From NCBI GenBank assembly GCA_943787795.1, contig CALSNU010000001.1, forward strand, positions 1,344,001 through 1,408,000: 64,000 nt of DNA, given 5' to 3'. Origin of the DNA: an uncultured bacterium (lineage in GTDB: Bacteria; Planctomycetota; UBA1135; GCA-002686595). Every line of letters begins with the position of its first letter. The stretch's first letter is position 1. The translations under genes and the position numbers were made by a program. Under the pieces are notes generated by a model that worked only from the letters and a program-made list of their open reading frames with translations, searched no databases and was not told the origin of the DNA. This document shows, piece by piece, positions 10,168 to 19,227 of the stretch.

Positions 10168-11316
10168 GTGCACATTGCCCACGTGATGGAGGCGACGATC
10201 GGCGGCACCCGCCGCCACCTCGTGGACGTGGCCCTGGAGCAGCGGCGCCGCGGCGACGACGTCTCGCTCTTGGTCTCGACCCTGCGGGATCCCGGCTTTG
10301 AAGGGGACCTTCAGCGACTCGAGGGGGCGGGGGCCCACGTGCACCGGATCTCCATGGTGCGGCCCATCCGCCCGGCCCGCGACCTGCGCCACCTGCGCCA
10401 GATCAAGGCGGCCCTGCGTGAGCTCCGCCCGGACATCGTGCACACCCATAGCTCCAAGGGCGGTGTCCTGGGCCGACGGGCGTCCCTCTCGACAGGGATC
10501 GGCGCGCGGGTCCACACGCCGCACACGTTCGCCTTCCTCTTCGGCGCGCTCTTCGGCCGGGCGAAGCGCGCGGTGTTCCGCTCCATCGAGCGGTCGCTGG
10601 CGAGCTCGACGCACCGGGTGATCGCGGTCTCCTCCAGTGAGGCCGCGACGATCGAGGGCTCGGGGGTGGTCGATCCGTCCATCCTCAGGACGGTCCCCAA
10701 CGGCATCGATCCGGCGCGGGTCGAGGGCGCAGCAGCCGCAGACCTCGCGAGCCTCGGCCTGGACCCCGGGCTCCCGGTCGCTGCGGTGGTCGGGCTCCTC
10801 TACTCGGCGAAGGGGCAAGACCTCGCCCTCGAGGCCCTCACCGCAGAGGGGCTGGAGGGGCTGCAGGTGCTCTTCGTGGGGCCCGGAGATCAAGGACCGC
10901 TCATGGAGCTCGCCGAGCATCTCGGCGTGCAGCGGCGGGTCGCCTTCACTGGCGCACGGGAAGACGTCCCGGCGATCCTCGCCGCGTCGGACTTCCTCCT
11001 CCTGCCCTCGCGATGGGAGGGCATGCCCTACGTGGTCCTCGAGGCCATGGCGGCCTCGCGTGCGGTGGTGGCCACGCCGGTGGACGGGGCCCGGGACCTC
11101 ATCGAGGACGGCGTGAACGGGTACCTCGCCACGTCGATCTCCTCGGCGGCGCTCGCGGACGCCATGGGCCGCGCGGTGCTCGCGGGCCGCGGTCAACGGG
11201 AGACGCTCGGGCGCGCGGGTCGGGCGCGGCTCGAGGCGCGCTACAGCGTCGGGGCCATGGTCGAGCAGCTCGACGTCGTGTATCAGGAGGCGCTGGAGGC
11301 CGCGGGCAACGGGTGA
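10168..11316 (+). CDS. Glycosyltransferase family 4
   Basis: PDIVHTHSSKGG, VPNGID, PSRWEGMPYVVLEAMA (Ex7E). Confidence 0.92.
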   Translation: MHIAHVMEATIGGTRRHLVDVALEQRRRGDDVSLLVSTLRDPGFEGDLQRLEGAGAHVHRISMVRPIRPARDLRHLRQIKAALRELRPDIVHTHSSKGGVLGRRASLSTGIGARVHTPHTFAFLFGALFGRAKRAVFRSIERSLASSTHRVIAVSSSEAATIEGSGVVDPSILRTVPNGIDPARVEGAAAADLASLGLDPGLPVAAVVGLLYSAKGQDLALEALTAEGLEGLQVLFVGPGDQGPLMELAEHLGVQRRVAFTGAREDVPAILAASDFLLLPSRWEGMPYVVLEAMAASRAVVATPVDGARDLIEDGVNGYLATSISSAALADAMGRAVLAGRGQRETLGRAGRARLEARYSVGAMVEQLDVVYQEALEAAGNG

Positions 11317-12449
11317 AGATTGTTCACGTCCTGACCACGCTCGACGTGGGTGGTGCCGAGATGCACGTGCTCAAGCAGGTGCGCGGGCAGGTGGAGCGAG
11401 GACACGCGGTGCGGGTGCGCTTCCTCAAGGGGCAGGGCACCCTGCGCGAGGACTTCCTCGAGGCCGGCGCCGAGCGGGTGGAGCGCGCGGCGGCGGGGCC
11501 GCTGTTTCCGTTGCGGCTGCGGGCGGATCTGGGGTGGTGCGACATCGTCCACTCCCACCTCCTGAAGGCGGACGCGTTCACGGCCCTGGCAGCCCTCCTG
11601 TTCGGCGCCCGGCGCAAGCTGGTGAGCGGCAAGCACAACGATGAGCAGGTCCTGCGCCGGCCCCTGGTCAGCTGGGTCCATGGCTGGCTCGGCCGCATCC
11701 CTGCGCGCACCGTGGTGCTCTCTGATCACGTGGGCCGTTTCATCGAGACCCACGGGCGGGTGCCGCTCGCAGCTCAGTCGCGCGTGTACTACGGCCTGGA
11801 CCCCGAGCCCTTCGAGCGGGCGGCGGACGAGACCGACCGTGACGCGGTCCGGGCTCCGCTCGCGATCGACGGAGGTGACGTGGTGTTCGTCTGCGTCGCG
11901 CGCTTTGCGTCACAAAAGGCCCACGAGGTGCTCCTGCGCGCCCTCGCGATCGCCCGCGAGCAAGACCCACGTCTCCGGCTGCTGCTGGTGGGGGACGACC
12001 CCTTCGGCGACGGTCGTGAGCGGGCCGAGGCCGAGGCCCGCCGGCTGGGCCTCCTTGGAACCAGTGGGCCGGACGCCGCGGTCTTCACGGGCATCCGCCG
12101 AGACGTGCCGGCGTTGATGGCGGCCAGCGACGTCTTTTGCATGGCGTCCCGCTGGGAGGGGCTGGGCCTCGTGTTTCTCGAGGCCATGGCCGCCTCGACC
12201 CCGGTGCTCTCCACCAACGTCTCGGCCATCCCCGAGGTGGTGGTGGACGGAGAGACCGGCCGCCTCGTCCCGCCCGACGACCCGGCCGCCCTCGCGAGCG
12301 GAATGCTCGAGTTGGCCCGGGACCGAGCGCTCCGGGCGCGGCTCGGGGACGCAGGGCACCGGCGGGTGCTGACCCGCTTTGGCCTCGACCGGATGGTGGA
12401 TGAGACCATCGAGATCTACAGGGAGGTCATCTCGGCCTCGAGGCGGTAG
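11313..12449 (+). CDS. Glycosyltransferase family 4
   Basis: GTG start overlapping upstream stop; MKIVHVLTTLDVGGAE, SRWEGLGLVFLEAMA. Confidence 0.92.
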   Translation: MKIVHVLTTLDVGGAEMHVLKQVRGQVERGHAVRVRFLKGQGTLREDFLEAGAERVERAAAGPLFPLRLRADLGWCDIVHSHLLKADAFTALAALLFGARRKLVSGKHNDEQVLRRPLVSWVHGWLGRIPARTVVLSDHVGRFIETHGRVPLAAQSRVYYGLDPEPFERAADETDRDAVRAPLAIDGGDVVFVCVARFASQKAHEVLLRALAIAREQDPRLRLLLVGDDPFGDGRERAEAEARRLGLLGTSGPDAAVFTGIRRDVPALMAASDVFCMASRWEGLGLVFLEAMAASTPVLSTNVSAIPEVVVDGETGRLVPPDDPAALASGMLELARDRALRARLGDAGHRRVLTRFGLDRMVDETIEIYREVISASRR

Positions 12450-12458
12450 TTTCAGGGG

Positions 12459-15400
12459 GTGCTGCTGCTCCCCCTCTTCGCCTCCCTCTCCCTCATCGGA
12501 TCCACGCTCGACGCGGACGGGGCGGAGGTGGACTTCGCGCGGGACGTCCGTCCTCTGCTGGCGAGGCGCTGCTTCCCCTGCCATGGCAACGACGAGGAGA
12601 CCCGCGAGGCGGGGCTGCGGCTGGACCTCGAGGCGGACGCGCACCGGGATCGGGACGGCTTCCCGGCGGTGGTCCCCGGAGACACTGACGCCTCCGAGCT
12701 CTGGGTACGGATCAACGACGACCTCGACCCCATGCCGCCGGAGGACGCGGGCGCGCCCCTGGACGAGGACGAGCGCGAGCTCCTGCGTCGCTGGATCGAG
12801 GGCGGCGGCGGTTACGCCTCCCACTGGAGCTTCACGCCGCCGGAGCGTCCCGCGCTCCCGGGCGGCCCGACGGATGGGGAGCATCCGGTGGACGCCTTTG
12901 TCCTGGAGGCGCTGGAGGCCCACGGCCTCGACCTCTCCCCGGCGGCTGGCGACCGCCAGCTCATCCGGCGCCTGAGCCTCGACCTCACGGGGCTCGCGCC
13001 CACCCCCCGCTTCGCCGAGGCCTTCGCGGCCTCGGAGGACCCGGACAAGCTCGAGCGTGCGGTGGACGCGCTCCTCGACTCGCCGGCCTACGCGGAGCGG
13101 TGGGCGGCGGTCTGGCTGGATCTCGCGCGCTACGCGGACAGCACGGGCCACGGCTCGGACCCCCTGCGCACGATCTGGCGCTACCGGGACTGGGTGATCG
13201 GCGCCTACGACCGGAACCTCCCCTTCGACGAGTTCACGGTGCAGCAGCTGGCGGGCGACCTGCTCCCCGACGCGACCATGGAGACCCGTCTCGCCACCGC
13301 GTTCCACCGGAACACGATGACGAACACCGAGGGGGGCACCGACGACGAGGAGTTCCGCGTGCTCGCCGTGAAGGACCGGGTCAACACGACCATGGAGGTC
13401 TGGATGGGCGTCACCGCGGGCTGCGCCGAGTGCCACAGCCACAAGTACGACCCCGTCAGCCACGAGGAGTACTACGAGCTCTTCGACATCTTCAATCAGA
13501 CCGCGGACACCGACCGCGGCGACGATCGGCCGCGCCTCGCCACGCCGACCCCCGAGCAGGCGGACGAGAAGGCGCGCCTGGACGCGGAGCTCGCGCGTAT
13601 CGATCTCCGGATTGCCACGGCCGTCGTGGACGTGGAGGCGGGCGTCGCCCGCATGATGGAGGCCGAGCGCTTCTGGGGAGCGGCCGAGCAGCGCAAGGTT
13701 GAGCATGAGCCGGGGCAGGGCACCCGCGTGGACGTCTTCGAGGTCGACGCGATCCCGCCCGCCGGCGACGGCCCATTGGGCCTGCGTCTCTCGGCCCTGG
13801 CCTCACCCGCGCTCCCGGGCGGCGGGCCCGGAGAGAGCCCCGGCAACGGGAACTTCGTGGTGACGGACCTGCGCGTCGCCCGCGGGACTGCCGGGCCCGC
13901 GCCCGTGGCGGCGGCGGTGCGCATCGAGCTTCCAGGTTCGGGCCGCATCCTCTCCCTGGCGGAGGTCGAGGTGCTCGACGCCGACGGGAACAACCTCGCC
14001 CTCGGAGGCCGCGCGGCCCAGTCCTCCACGGGCTTCAACGGCCCGCCCCAGCTCGCGGTGGACGGCAACACCAGCGGCGTCTACGAGGACGGTTCGGTGA
14101 CCCACACGGCCACCGAGCGCGACCCCTGGTGGGAGGTGACGCTGGCCGCGCCGGCGCCGATCCACGGCCTCCGGGTCTGGAGCCGCACCGACGGGGACCT
14201 GGAGCTCCGGCTCGAGGGCTTCGAGGTGGTGCTCCTCGACGGGGCGGGCGAGCCCCTTCTGCGCACCGCGCCATGGCCCGCGCCCAACCCCGTGGCCGAG
14301 GCGCGCTTCGGCGAGGGAGGGGCCATCCCGCTCCTCGTCCGCCCCGGCTCCGCGAGCTTCGAGCAGGCCAACTTCGGGGTCGCGGCGGCGCTGGACCTCG
14401 ATCCCAAGACCGGATGGGCCATCGGGCCTCGGCAGGGCGTGGATCACGCGGCCATCTTCCAGCTCCCCGCCCAGCGGTCGGACCCGGATGGCGGCCTGCG
14501 GCTGCGGGTGACCGTCGCCCAGGAGTGGGGCTCGGACCACACGATCCGGGACCTGCGCCTCGGGGTGGGCCGCGGCGCCCGCGTACCGCTTGCGATTCCC
14601 GCCGACGTCCGCGGCCCCCTGGCCCGCCGCGCCAAAGCCGCGAACGGGGGGCCCGGGGCGGCGGAGCCCGGCGACGAGGCGAAGCTCGTGGCGTTCCTCC
14701 GGGAGCGCGACCCGCTCCTCGACATGGTCCACGAGCGGCGCGCCCAGGTGGCTGCCCAGTTGGCTGACCTGGACGTGGTGACCACGCCGGTGATGGAGGA
14801 GCTCCCAGGGGATCGGCGCCGCGATACCCACGTGATGGTCCGCGGCAACTTTCTGCAGCGCGGCGAGCAGGTGCACGCCGCCATCCCCGCGGCCTTCGGG
14901 TCCCTGGACCCCGGGGGCGCCGTGGACCGGCTGGCCTTCGCCCGCTGGCTGGTGAGCGACGAGAATCCGCTCACCGCCCGGGTGACGGTGAACCGCCTCT
15001 GGGCGCGGCTGTTCGGCCGGGGCCTGGTGGCCACGGAGGGGGACTTCGGCTCCCAGGGCGCAACGCCCACCCACCCCGAGCTGCTCGATTGGCTGGCGGT
15101 GGAGTTCCGCGAGGGCGGCTGGGACCAGAAGGCGCTCCTGAAGACGATCGTCACCAGCCGGGCCTACCGGCAGGCGTCCGCGGTCCGGCCCGAGACCCTG
15201 GAGGCCGACCCCGACGGGGTCTGGCTCTCACGCTACCCGCGCCAGCGGCTCGAGGCGGAGATGGTCCGGGACGTGACCCTGCAGGCGGCGGGGCTGCTCT
15301 CCGACAAGCGCTTCGGCCCATCCGTGTACCCGCCCCAGCCCGAGGGCCTCTGGCAGGCGGCCTTCAACGGGCAGCGGAACTGGCGTGAGAGCATGGGGGA

Positions 15401-15950
15401 GGATCGGTATCGCCGCGGGGTCTACGTCTTCATGCGGAGGACGATCCCGTACCCGATGCTCGCGACCTTCGACGCGCCAAGCCGTGAGGCGTGCACCGTC
15501 TGCCGGACGCCCACGAACACGCCGCTGCAGGCGTTCGTCACCCTGAACGACCCCGCGTTCCTGGAGCCCGCCCGCGTGCTCGGCGCCCGCTACGCCCACC
15601 GGGCCACCACCGGCGCGAGGTGGAGCCTGGAGCCTGGCCGTGAGGTCGGGGAGGGGCCCGACGGGCTCTCGCGGGCGCTCCTCGAGGAGCTGCTCTCCCA
15701 CGCGCTCCAGCGCCCCGCTGGCGCGGAGCAGCTCGATGTGCTGCAGGCTCTCCTGGGCGACGCCCGCGCGGCCTTCGCCGCGGACCCCGAGGCTGCCGGT
15801 GAGTTCGCCGGAGCGGCGGGGGCCTGGTCAACCGGGCTCGACCCCGAGGAGGCCGAGGCGCTCACCGCGGTGGACCCCGTGGACGTCGCGGCGTGGACCG
15901 TGGCCGCGAGCACGGTGCTCAACATGGACAGCTTCCTGACCAAGGAATGA
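12459..15950 (+). CDS. Planctomycete cytochrome c (PSCyt1)-DUF1549-DUF1553 protein with inserted F-type lectin/discoidin-like domain
   Basis: VDFARDVRPLL..CFPCHG; HPVDAF, LIRRLSLDLTGL, WLDLARYADS, CAECHSHKYDP; NPLTARVTVNRLW, THPELLDWLA, RLEAEMVRD, TNTPLQA. Confidence 0.92.
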   Translation: MLLLPLFASLSLIGSTLDADGAEVDFARDVRPLLARRCFPCHGNDEETREAGLRLDLEADAHRDRDGFPAVVPGDTDASELWVRINDDLDPMPPEDAGAPLDEDERELLRRWIEGGGGYASHWSFTPPERPALPGGPTDGEHPVDAFVLEALEAHGLDLSPAAGDRQLIRRLSLDLTGLAPTPRFAEAFAASEDPDKLERAVDALLDSPAYAERWAAVWLDLARYADSTGHGSDPLRTIWRYRDWVIGAYDRNLPFDEFTVQQLAGDLLPDATMETRLATAFHRNTMTNTEGGTDDEEFRVLAVKDRVNTTMEVWMGVTAGCAECHSHKYDPVSHEEYYELFDIFNQTADTDRGDDRPRLATPTPEQADEKARLDAELARIDLRIATAVVDVEAGVARMMEAERFWGAAEQRKVEHEPGQGTRVDVFEVDAIPPAGDGPLGLRLSALASPALPGGGPGESPGNGNFVVTDLRVARGTAGPAPVAAAVRIELPGSGRILSLAEVEVLDADGNNLALGGRAAQSSTGFNGPPQLAVDGNTSGVYEDGSVTHTATERDPWWEVTLAAPAPIHGLRVWSRTDGDLELRLEGFEVVLLDGAGEPLLRTAPWPAPNPVAEARFGEGGAIPLLVRPGSASFEQANFGVAAALDLDPKTGWAIGPRQGVDHAAIFQLPAQRSDPDGGLRLRVTVAQEWGSDHTIRDLRLGVGRGARVPLAIPADVRGPLARRAKAANGGPGAAEPGDEAKLVAFLRERDPLLDMVHERRAQVAAQLADLDVVTTPVMEELPGDRRRDTHVMVRGNFLQRGEQVHAAIPAAFGSLDPGGAVDRLAFARWLVSDENPLTARVTVNRLWARLFGRGLVATEGDFGSQGATPTHPELLDWLAVEFREGGWDQKALLKTIVTSRAYRQASAVRPETLEADPDGVWLSRYPRQRLEAEMVRDVTLQAAGLLSDKRFGPSVYPPQPEGLWQAAFNGQRNWRESMGEDRYRRGVYVFMRRTIPYPMLATFDAPSREACTVCRTPTNTPLQAFVTLNDPAFLEPARVLGARYAHRATTGARWSLEPGREVGEGPDGLSRALLEELLSHALQRPAGAEQLDVLQALLGDARAAFAADPEAAGEFAGAAGAWSTGLDPEEAEALTAVDPVDVAAWTVAASTVLNMDSFLTKE

Positions 15951-15953
15951 GCG

Positions 15954-17405
15954 ATGGACCCCACCCAGGAAGACGCCCTCACCAGCACGCGCCGCACGTT
16001 CCTCCAGCGGGGCGTGGGCCTCGGCGCGATCGCCCTCGGCGCCATGGAGGGGGCGGCCGCCCTCGGTCAGGACGGACAGCGGCCCTCGCCGCTCGCGCCC
16101 AAGGCGCCGCCCTTGCCCGCGCGGGCCAAGCGGGTGTTGTACCTCTCCATGGCGGGGGCCCCGCCGCAGCACGACACGTTCGACTTCAAGCCCAAGCTGC
16201 AGGAGCTCGACGGGACCCCGTGCCCGGAGGCGCTCTTCGAGGGCAAGCGCCTGGCCTTCATCAAGGGGCACCCCAAGCTGCTGGCCTCGCCGCACCCCAC
16301 GACCACCGTCGATCCCCTCGGCATCGAGGTGTCGACCCTCCTGCCGGGGTTCCGTGAGTACGCGGCGGACGTGTGCGTGGTGCGGTCCATGCACACCGAC
16401 CAGTTCAACCACGCGCCGGCGGACCTCCTCATGTACACGGGGAACGCGGTCAACGGCAAGCCCTCCATGGGGGCGTGGGTCACCTGGGGCCTCGGCTCGA
16501 TCAACCAGAACCTCCCGGGCTTCGTGGTCCTGGGCTCCGGCGGGAGCGATCCCACCGGCGGCAAGGCCCTCTGGTCCAGCGGCTTCTTGCCCTCGGAGTA
16601 CCAGGGGGTGCGGCTGCGCTCCAAGGGGGACCCCGTGCTCTACGTGAGCGACCCCAAGGGCCTCGCGCGCTCCTCGCGGCGGCGCATGCTCGACGCGCTC
16701 CGACGGCTGAACGAGCTGGACCACGAGCGGCACGGGGACGATGAGACCATGGCGCGGGTGGCGCAGTACGAGCTCGCCTACCGCATGCAGATGGAGGTCC
16801 CCGAGGTGACCGACCTCTCGCGGGAGAGCGAGGCCACTCTCACGCGGTACGGCGCGAAGCCGGGGGACGGGTCGTTCGCGAGCAACTGCCTCCTGGCGCG
16901 CAACCTGCTGACCGCCGGGGTCCGCTTCGTCCAGCTCTTCGACTGGGGTTGGGACATCCACGGGACCGGGTCCGGTGACGATCTCGTCACCCAGTTCCCT
17001 GCCAAGTGCAAGGACGTGGACCAGCCCATCGCTGCGCTCATGGCGGACCTCAAGCGTACGGGCCTGCTCGAGGACACGCTCGTGATCTGGGGGGGCGAGT
17101 TCGGGCGGACGCCCATGCTCGAGGCGCGCGGCGGCTCGAAGTTCCTGGGCCGCGACCACCAGCCGGACGCGTTCTCCATCTGGATGGCGGGCGGCGGCGT
17201 GCGGGCGGGACATGTCCACGGCTCCACGGACGATCTCGGCGCTGCTGTCCACGAGGACGGCGTCTCCGTGCGCGACCTGCAGGCGACGGTGCTGCACCTG
17301 CTCGGGTTCGACGCCGAGCGTATGCGCTTCCCCTTCCAGGGGCTCGACCAGCGGCTCATCGGTCCGGCGGACGGCCCCCGGGTGGCCCGCGGGGTGCTGG
17401 CCTGA
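15954..17405 (+). CDS. DUF1501 domain protein (Tat-exported)
   Basis: TRRTFLQ Tat motif; AKRVLYLSMAGAP, NCLLARNL..GVRFVQ, WGGEFGRTP, GRDH; usual partner of DUF1549/1553 genes. Confidence 0.92.
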   Translation: MDPTQEDALTSTRRTFLQRGVGLGAIALGAMEGAAALGQDGQRPSPLAPKAPPLPARAKRVLYLSMAGAPPQHDTFDFKPKLQELDGTPCPEALFEGKRLAFIKGHPKLLASPHPTTTVDPLGIEVSTLLPGFREYAADVCVVRSMHTDQFNHAPADLLMYTGNAVNGKPSMGAWVTWGLGSINQNLPGFVVLGSGGSDPTGGKALWSSGFLPSEYQGVRLRSKGDPVLYVSDPKGLARSSRRRMLDALRRLNELDHERHGDDETMARVAQYELAYRMQMEVPEVTDLSRESEATLTRYGAKPGDGSFASNCLLARNLLTAGVRFVQLFDWGWDIHGTGSGDDLVTQFPAKCKDVDQPIAALMADLKRTGLLEDTLVIWGGEFGRTPMLEARGGSKFLGRDHQPDAFSIWMAGGGVRAGHVHGSTDDLGAAVHEDGVSVRDLQATVLHLLGFDAERMRFPFQGLDQRLIGPADGPRVARGVLA

Positions 17406-18688
17406 GCGCCGAGCTAGAGCTGGAGGGCGCCGACGACAGGGAGCCGTTCCGATTCCGCGAGCGACCCGAGGACTTCATCGTGGAGGAGCTCGTGGCGGAG
17501 CCGGAGGTGGAGCAGGTCGACGGGACCCACATCTGGTTCACGGTTCAGAAGCGGGATGTCTCCACACCCGCCGCGGCCCGTCGCATCGCGAAGGCCCTGG
17601 GCCGTCGAGGGGGGGACGTGAGCTTCGCGGGCCGCAAGGACGCGGTCGCCATCACCCGCCAGCGGATGTCCGTGGAGCACGTGGACGTCGACGCGCTCAT
17701 GGGGCTCGAGCTGGACGGGTTGACCATCAGCGCCCCTCGCCGCCACCAGCGAAAGCTCCGCCCGGGGGAGCTGCGTGGCAACCGCTTCGAGCTGGTGCTG
17801 CGGGGCGTCGCGCCTCGTAGCCTCCCCGGCCTGGCCGCGGCTCTGGAGCGGCTGGGGAGAGAGGGCGTCGCGAACTTCTACGGCGAGCAGCGCTTCGGGC
17901 CCGATGGCGCCGGCCTCGATACGGCGCGCAGCCTGGTGTTTGGACCGCCCGAGGCCTACCTGGAGGCGCTGGGCCGCGCGGGTCGACCCGAGCAGCTCGA
18001 GCCCGCCCTGGAGCTGCTGAGGCGGGCCAGGGCAGGGACGAGCGGCGAGCGCCGGCGCGCCGACGAGCTGTGCCCGGACCTTCCGCTCGACCTCGTCCCG
18101 GTCGCCAAGCAGCTGGCCCGGAGGCGGGCGAGCGACGTCTGTGACCTGCTGGCCGCCGTGCCTCGCGTGTCGCGGTCGTTTCACCTGGCGATCCTCCAGG
18201 CCAAGGTGTTCAACGATGTTCTGGGGCGCCGGGTCCAGGACGGGACCTCGGCCGAGGCCCTCGAGGGAGACCTGGTCCTCCGGGAGGACGGGCGGCACGG
18301 ATACGTCTCGCCGGAACGTCCGTCCGCGGACGGCGCCGTCCCCTCGGGCCCCATGTGGGCGCCGGGCCTCAGGCTCGCGGAGGGGCAGCCCGGGACGATC
18401 GAGCGAGCCGCCCTCGCGGCCGAGGGCCTGACTCCGGATCACCCTGAGCGGCCGGGCGGGCTCTCGCCGCGAGGCAGCCGGCGTGACCTGCGCGTCCCTG
18501 TGTCCGAAGCGGCGCTGGACGTGCTGGAGACGGGCGTAGGGCTCGGCCCTGCTGCTGCGGAGGCACCCGGTGTCGCCGGTGCAGGCGAAGGCCGCCGCGC
18601 CGCCCGGCTCCGCTTCGGCCTCCCGCCGGGCGCCTACGCGACGGTGGTCCTGGATCAGCTGCGCGCGGCGTGTCTCGATCCGGGTTAG
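17402..18688 (+). CDS. truD: tRNA pseudouridine(13) synthase TruD (start codon probably CTG)
   Basis: PEDFIVEE, FAGRKDAVAITRQ, GELRGNRF, NFYGEQRFG, FGLPPGAYAT. Confidence 0.9.
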   Translation: MSAELELEGADDREPFRFRERPEDFIVEELVAEPEVEQVDGTHIWFTVQKRDVSTPAAARRIAKALGRRGGDVSFAGRKDAVAITRQRMSVEHVDVDALMGLELDGLTISAPRRHQRKLRPGELRGNRFELVLRGVAPRSLPGLAAALERLGREGVANFYGEQRFGPDGAGLDTARSLVFGPPEAYLEALGRAGRPEQLEPALELLRRARAGTSGERRRADELCPDLPLDLVPVAKQLARRRASDVCDLLAAVPRVSRSFHLAILQAKVFNDVLGRRVQDGTSAEALEGDLVLREDGRHGYVSPERPSADGAVPSGPMWAPGLRLAEGQPGTIERAALAAEGLTPDHPERPGGLSPRGSRRDLRVPVSEAALDVLETGVGLGPAAAEAPGVAGAGEGRRAARLRFGLPPGAYATVVLDQLRAACLDPG

Positions 18689-18798
18689 CGGCGGGTAAGC
18701 ACCGCGGTCGCCCTGGGGTCCAGGCCATGGTCGCGCCGATCAATGGGTGGATGGGCGCGACCTCCTCATTGACTCACTCGAATCCGTTCAATCCTCCG

Positions 18799-19227
18799 AT
18801 GGCGGATCGGACCTTCGTGGGAACGCGGACGGATCGGCGCCATCAGCCGACGCCCCGTCTCTCGCTGTATTCGCTGGGGGGCGGTCGCCGCCGGAATGCC
18901 CAGCGGCTCGGGGAGCGGGAGGGCTCCTTCGTGGACGCCTACTCGGCCTGGGTCTTCCTCTGGATCCTGTGGGTCGCGGCCATGAACGTGGGGGACAGCT
19001 TCTTCACGCTCGTGCACCTCCAGGCCGGCGGGGTCGAGGTCAACCCGGTGGCGGCCGCGATGCTCAAGACGGGCCGGTTTGGCTTCGTCTTCCTGAAGGC
19101 GGCGGTCATCAGCGCCGCGCTCCTCGTGCTGACGGTGCACAAGAACTTCAGCATGGCCCGGATCGGGCTGTGGGTCTCGACGATCGCCTACACCGCGCTG
19201 GTCATCTATCACCTGACGCTCTTCTGA
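18799..19227 (+). CDS. Small membrane protein, DUF5658-like
   Basis: DRR..RR N-terminus, MNVGDSFFT..GGVEVNPVA, three TM segments. Confidence 0.65.
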   Translation: MADRTFVGTRTDRRHQPTPRLSLYSLGGGRRRNAQRLGEREGSFVDAYSAWVFLWILWVAAMNVGDSFFTLVHLQAGGVEVNPVAAAMLKTGRFGFVFLKAAVISAALLVLTVHKNFSMARIGLWVSTIAYTALVIYHLTLF

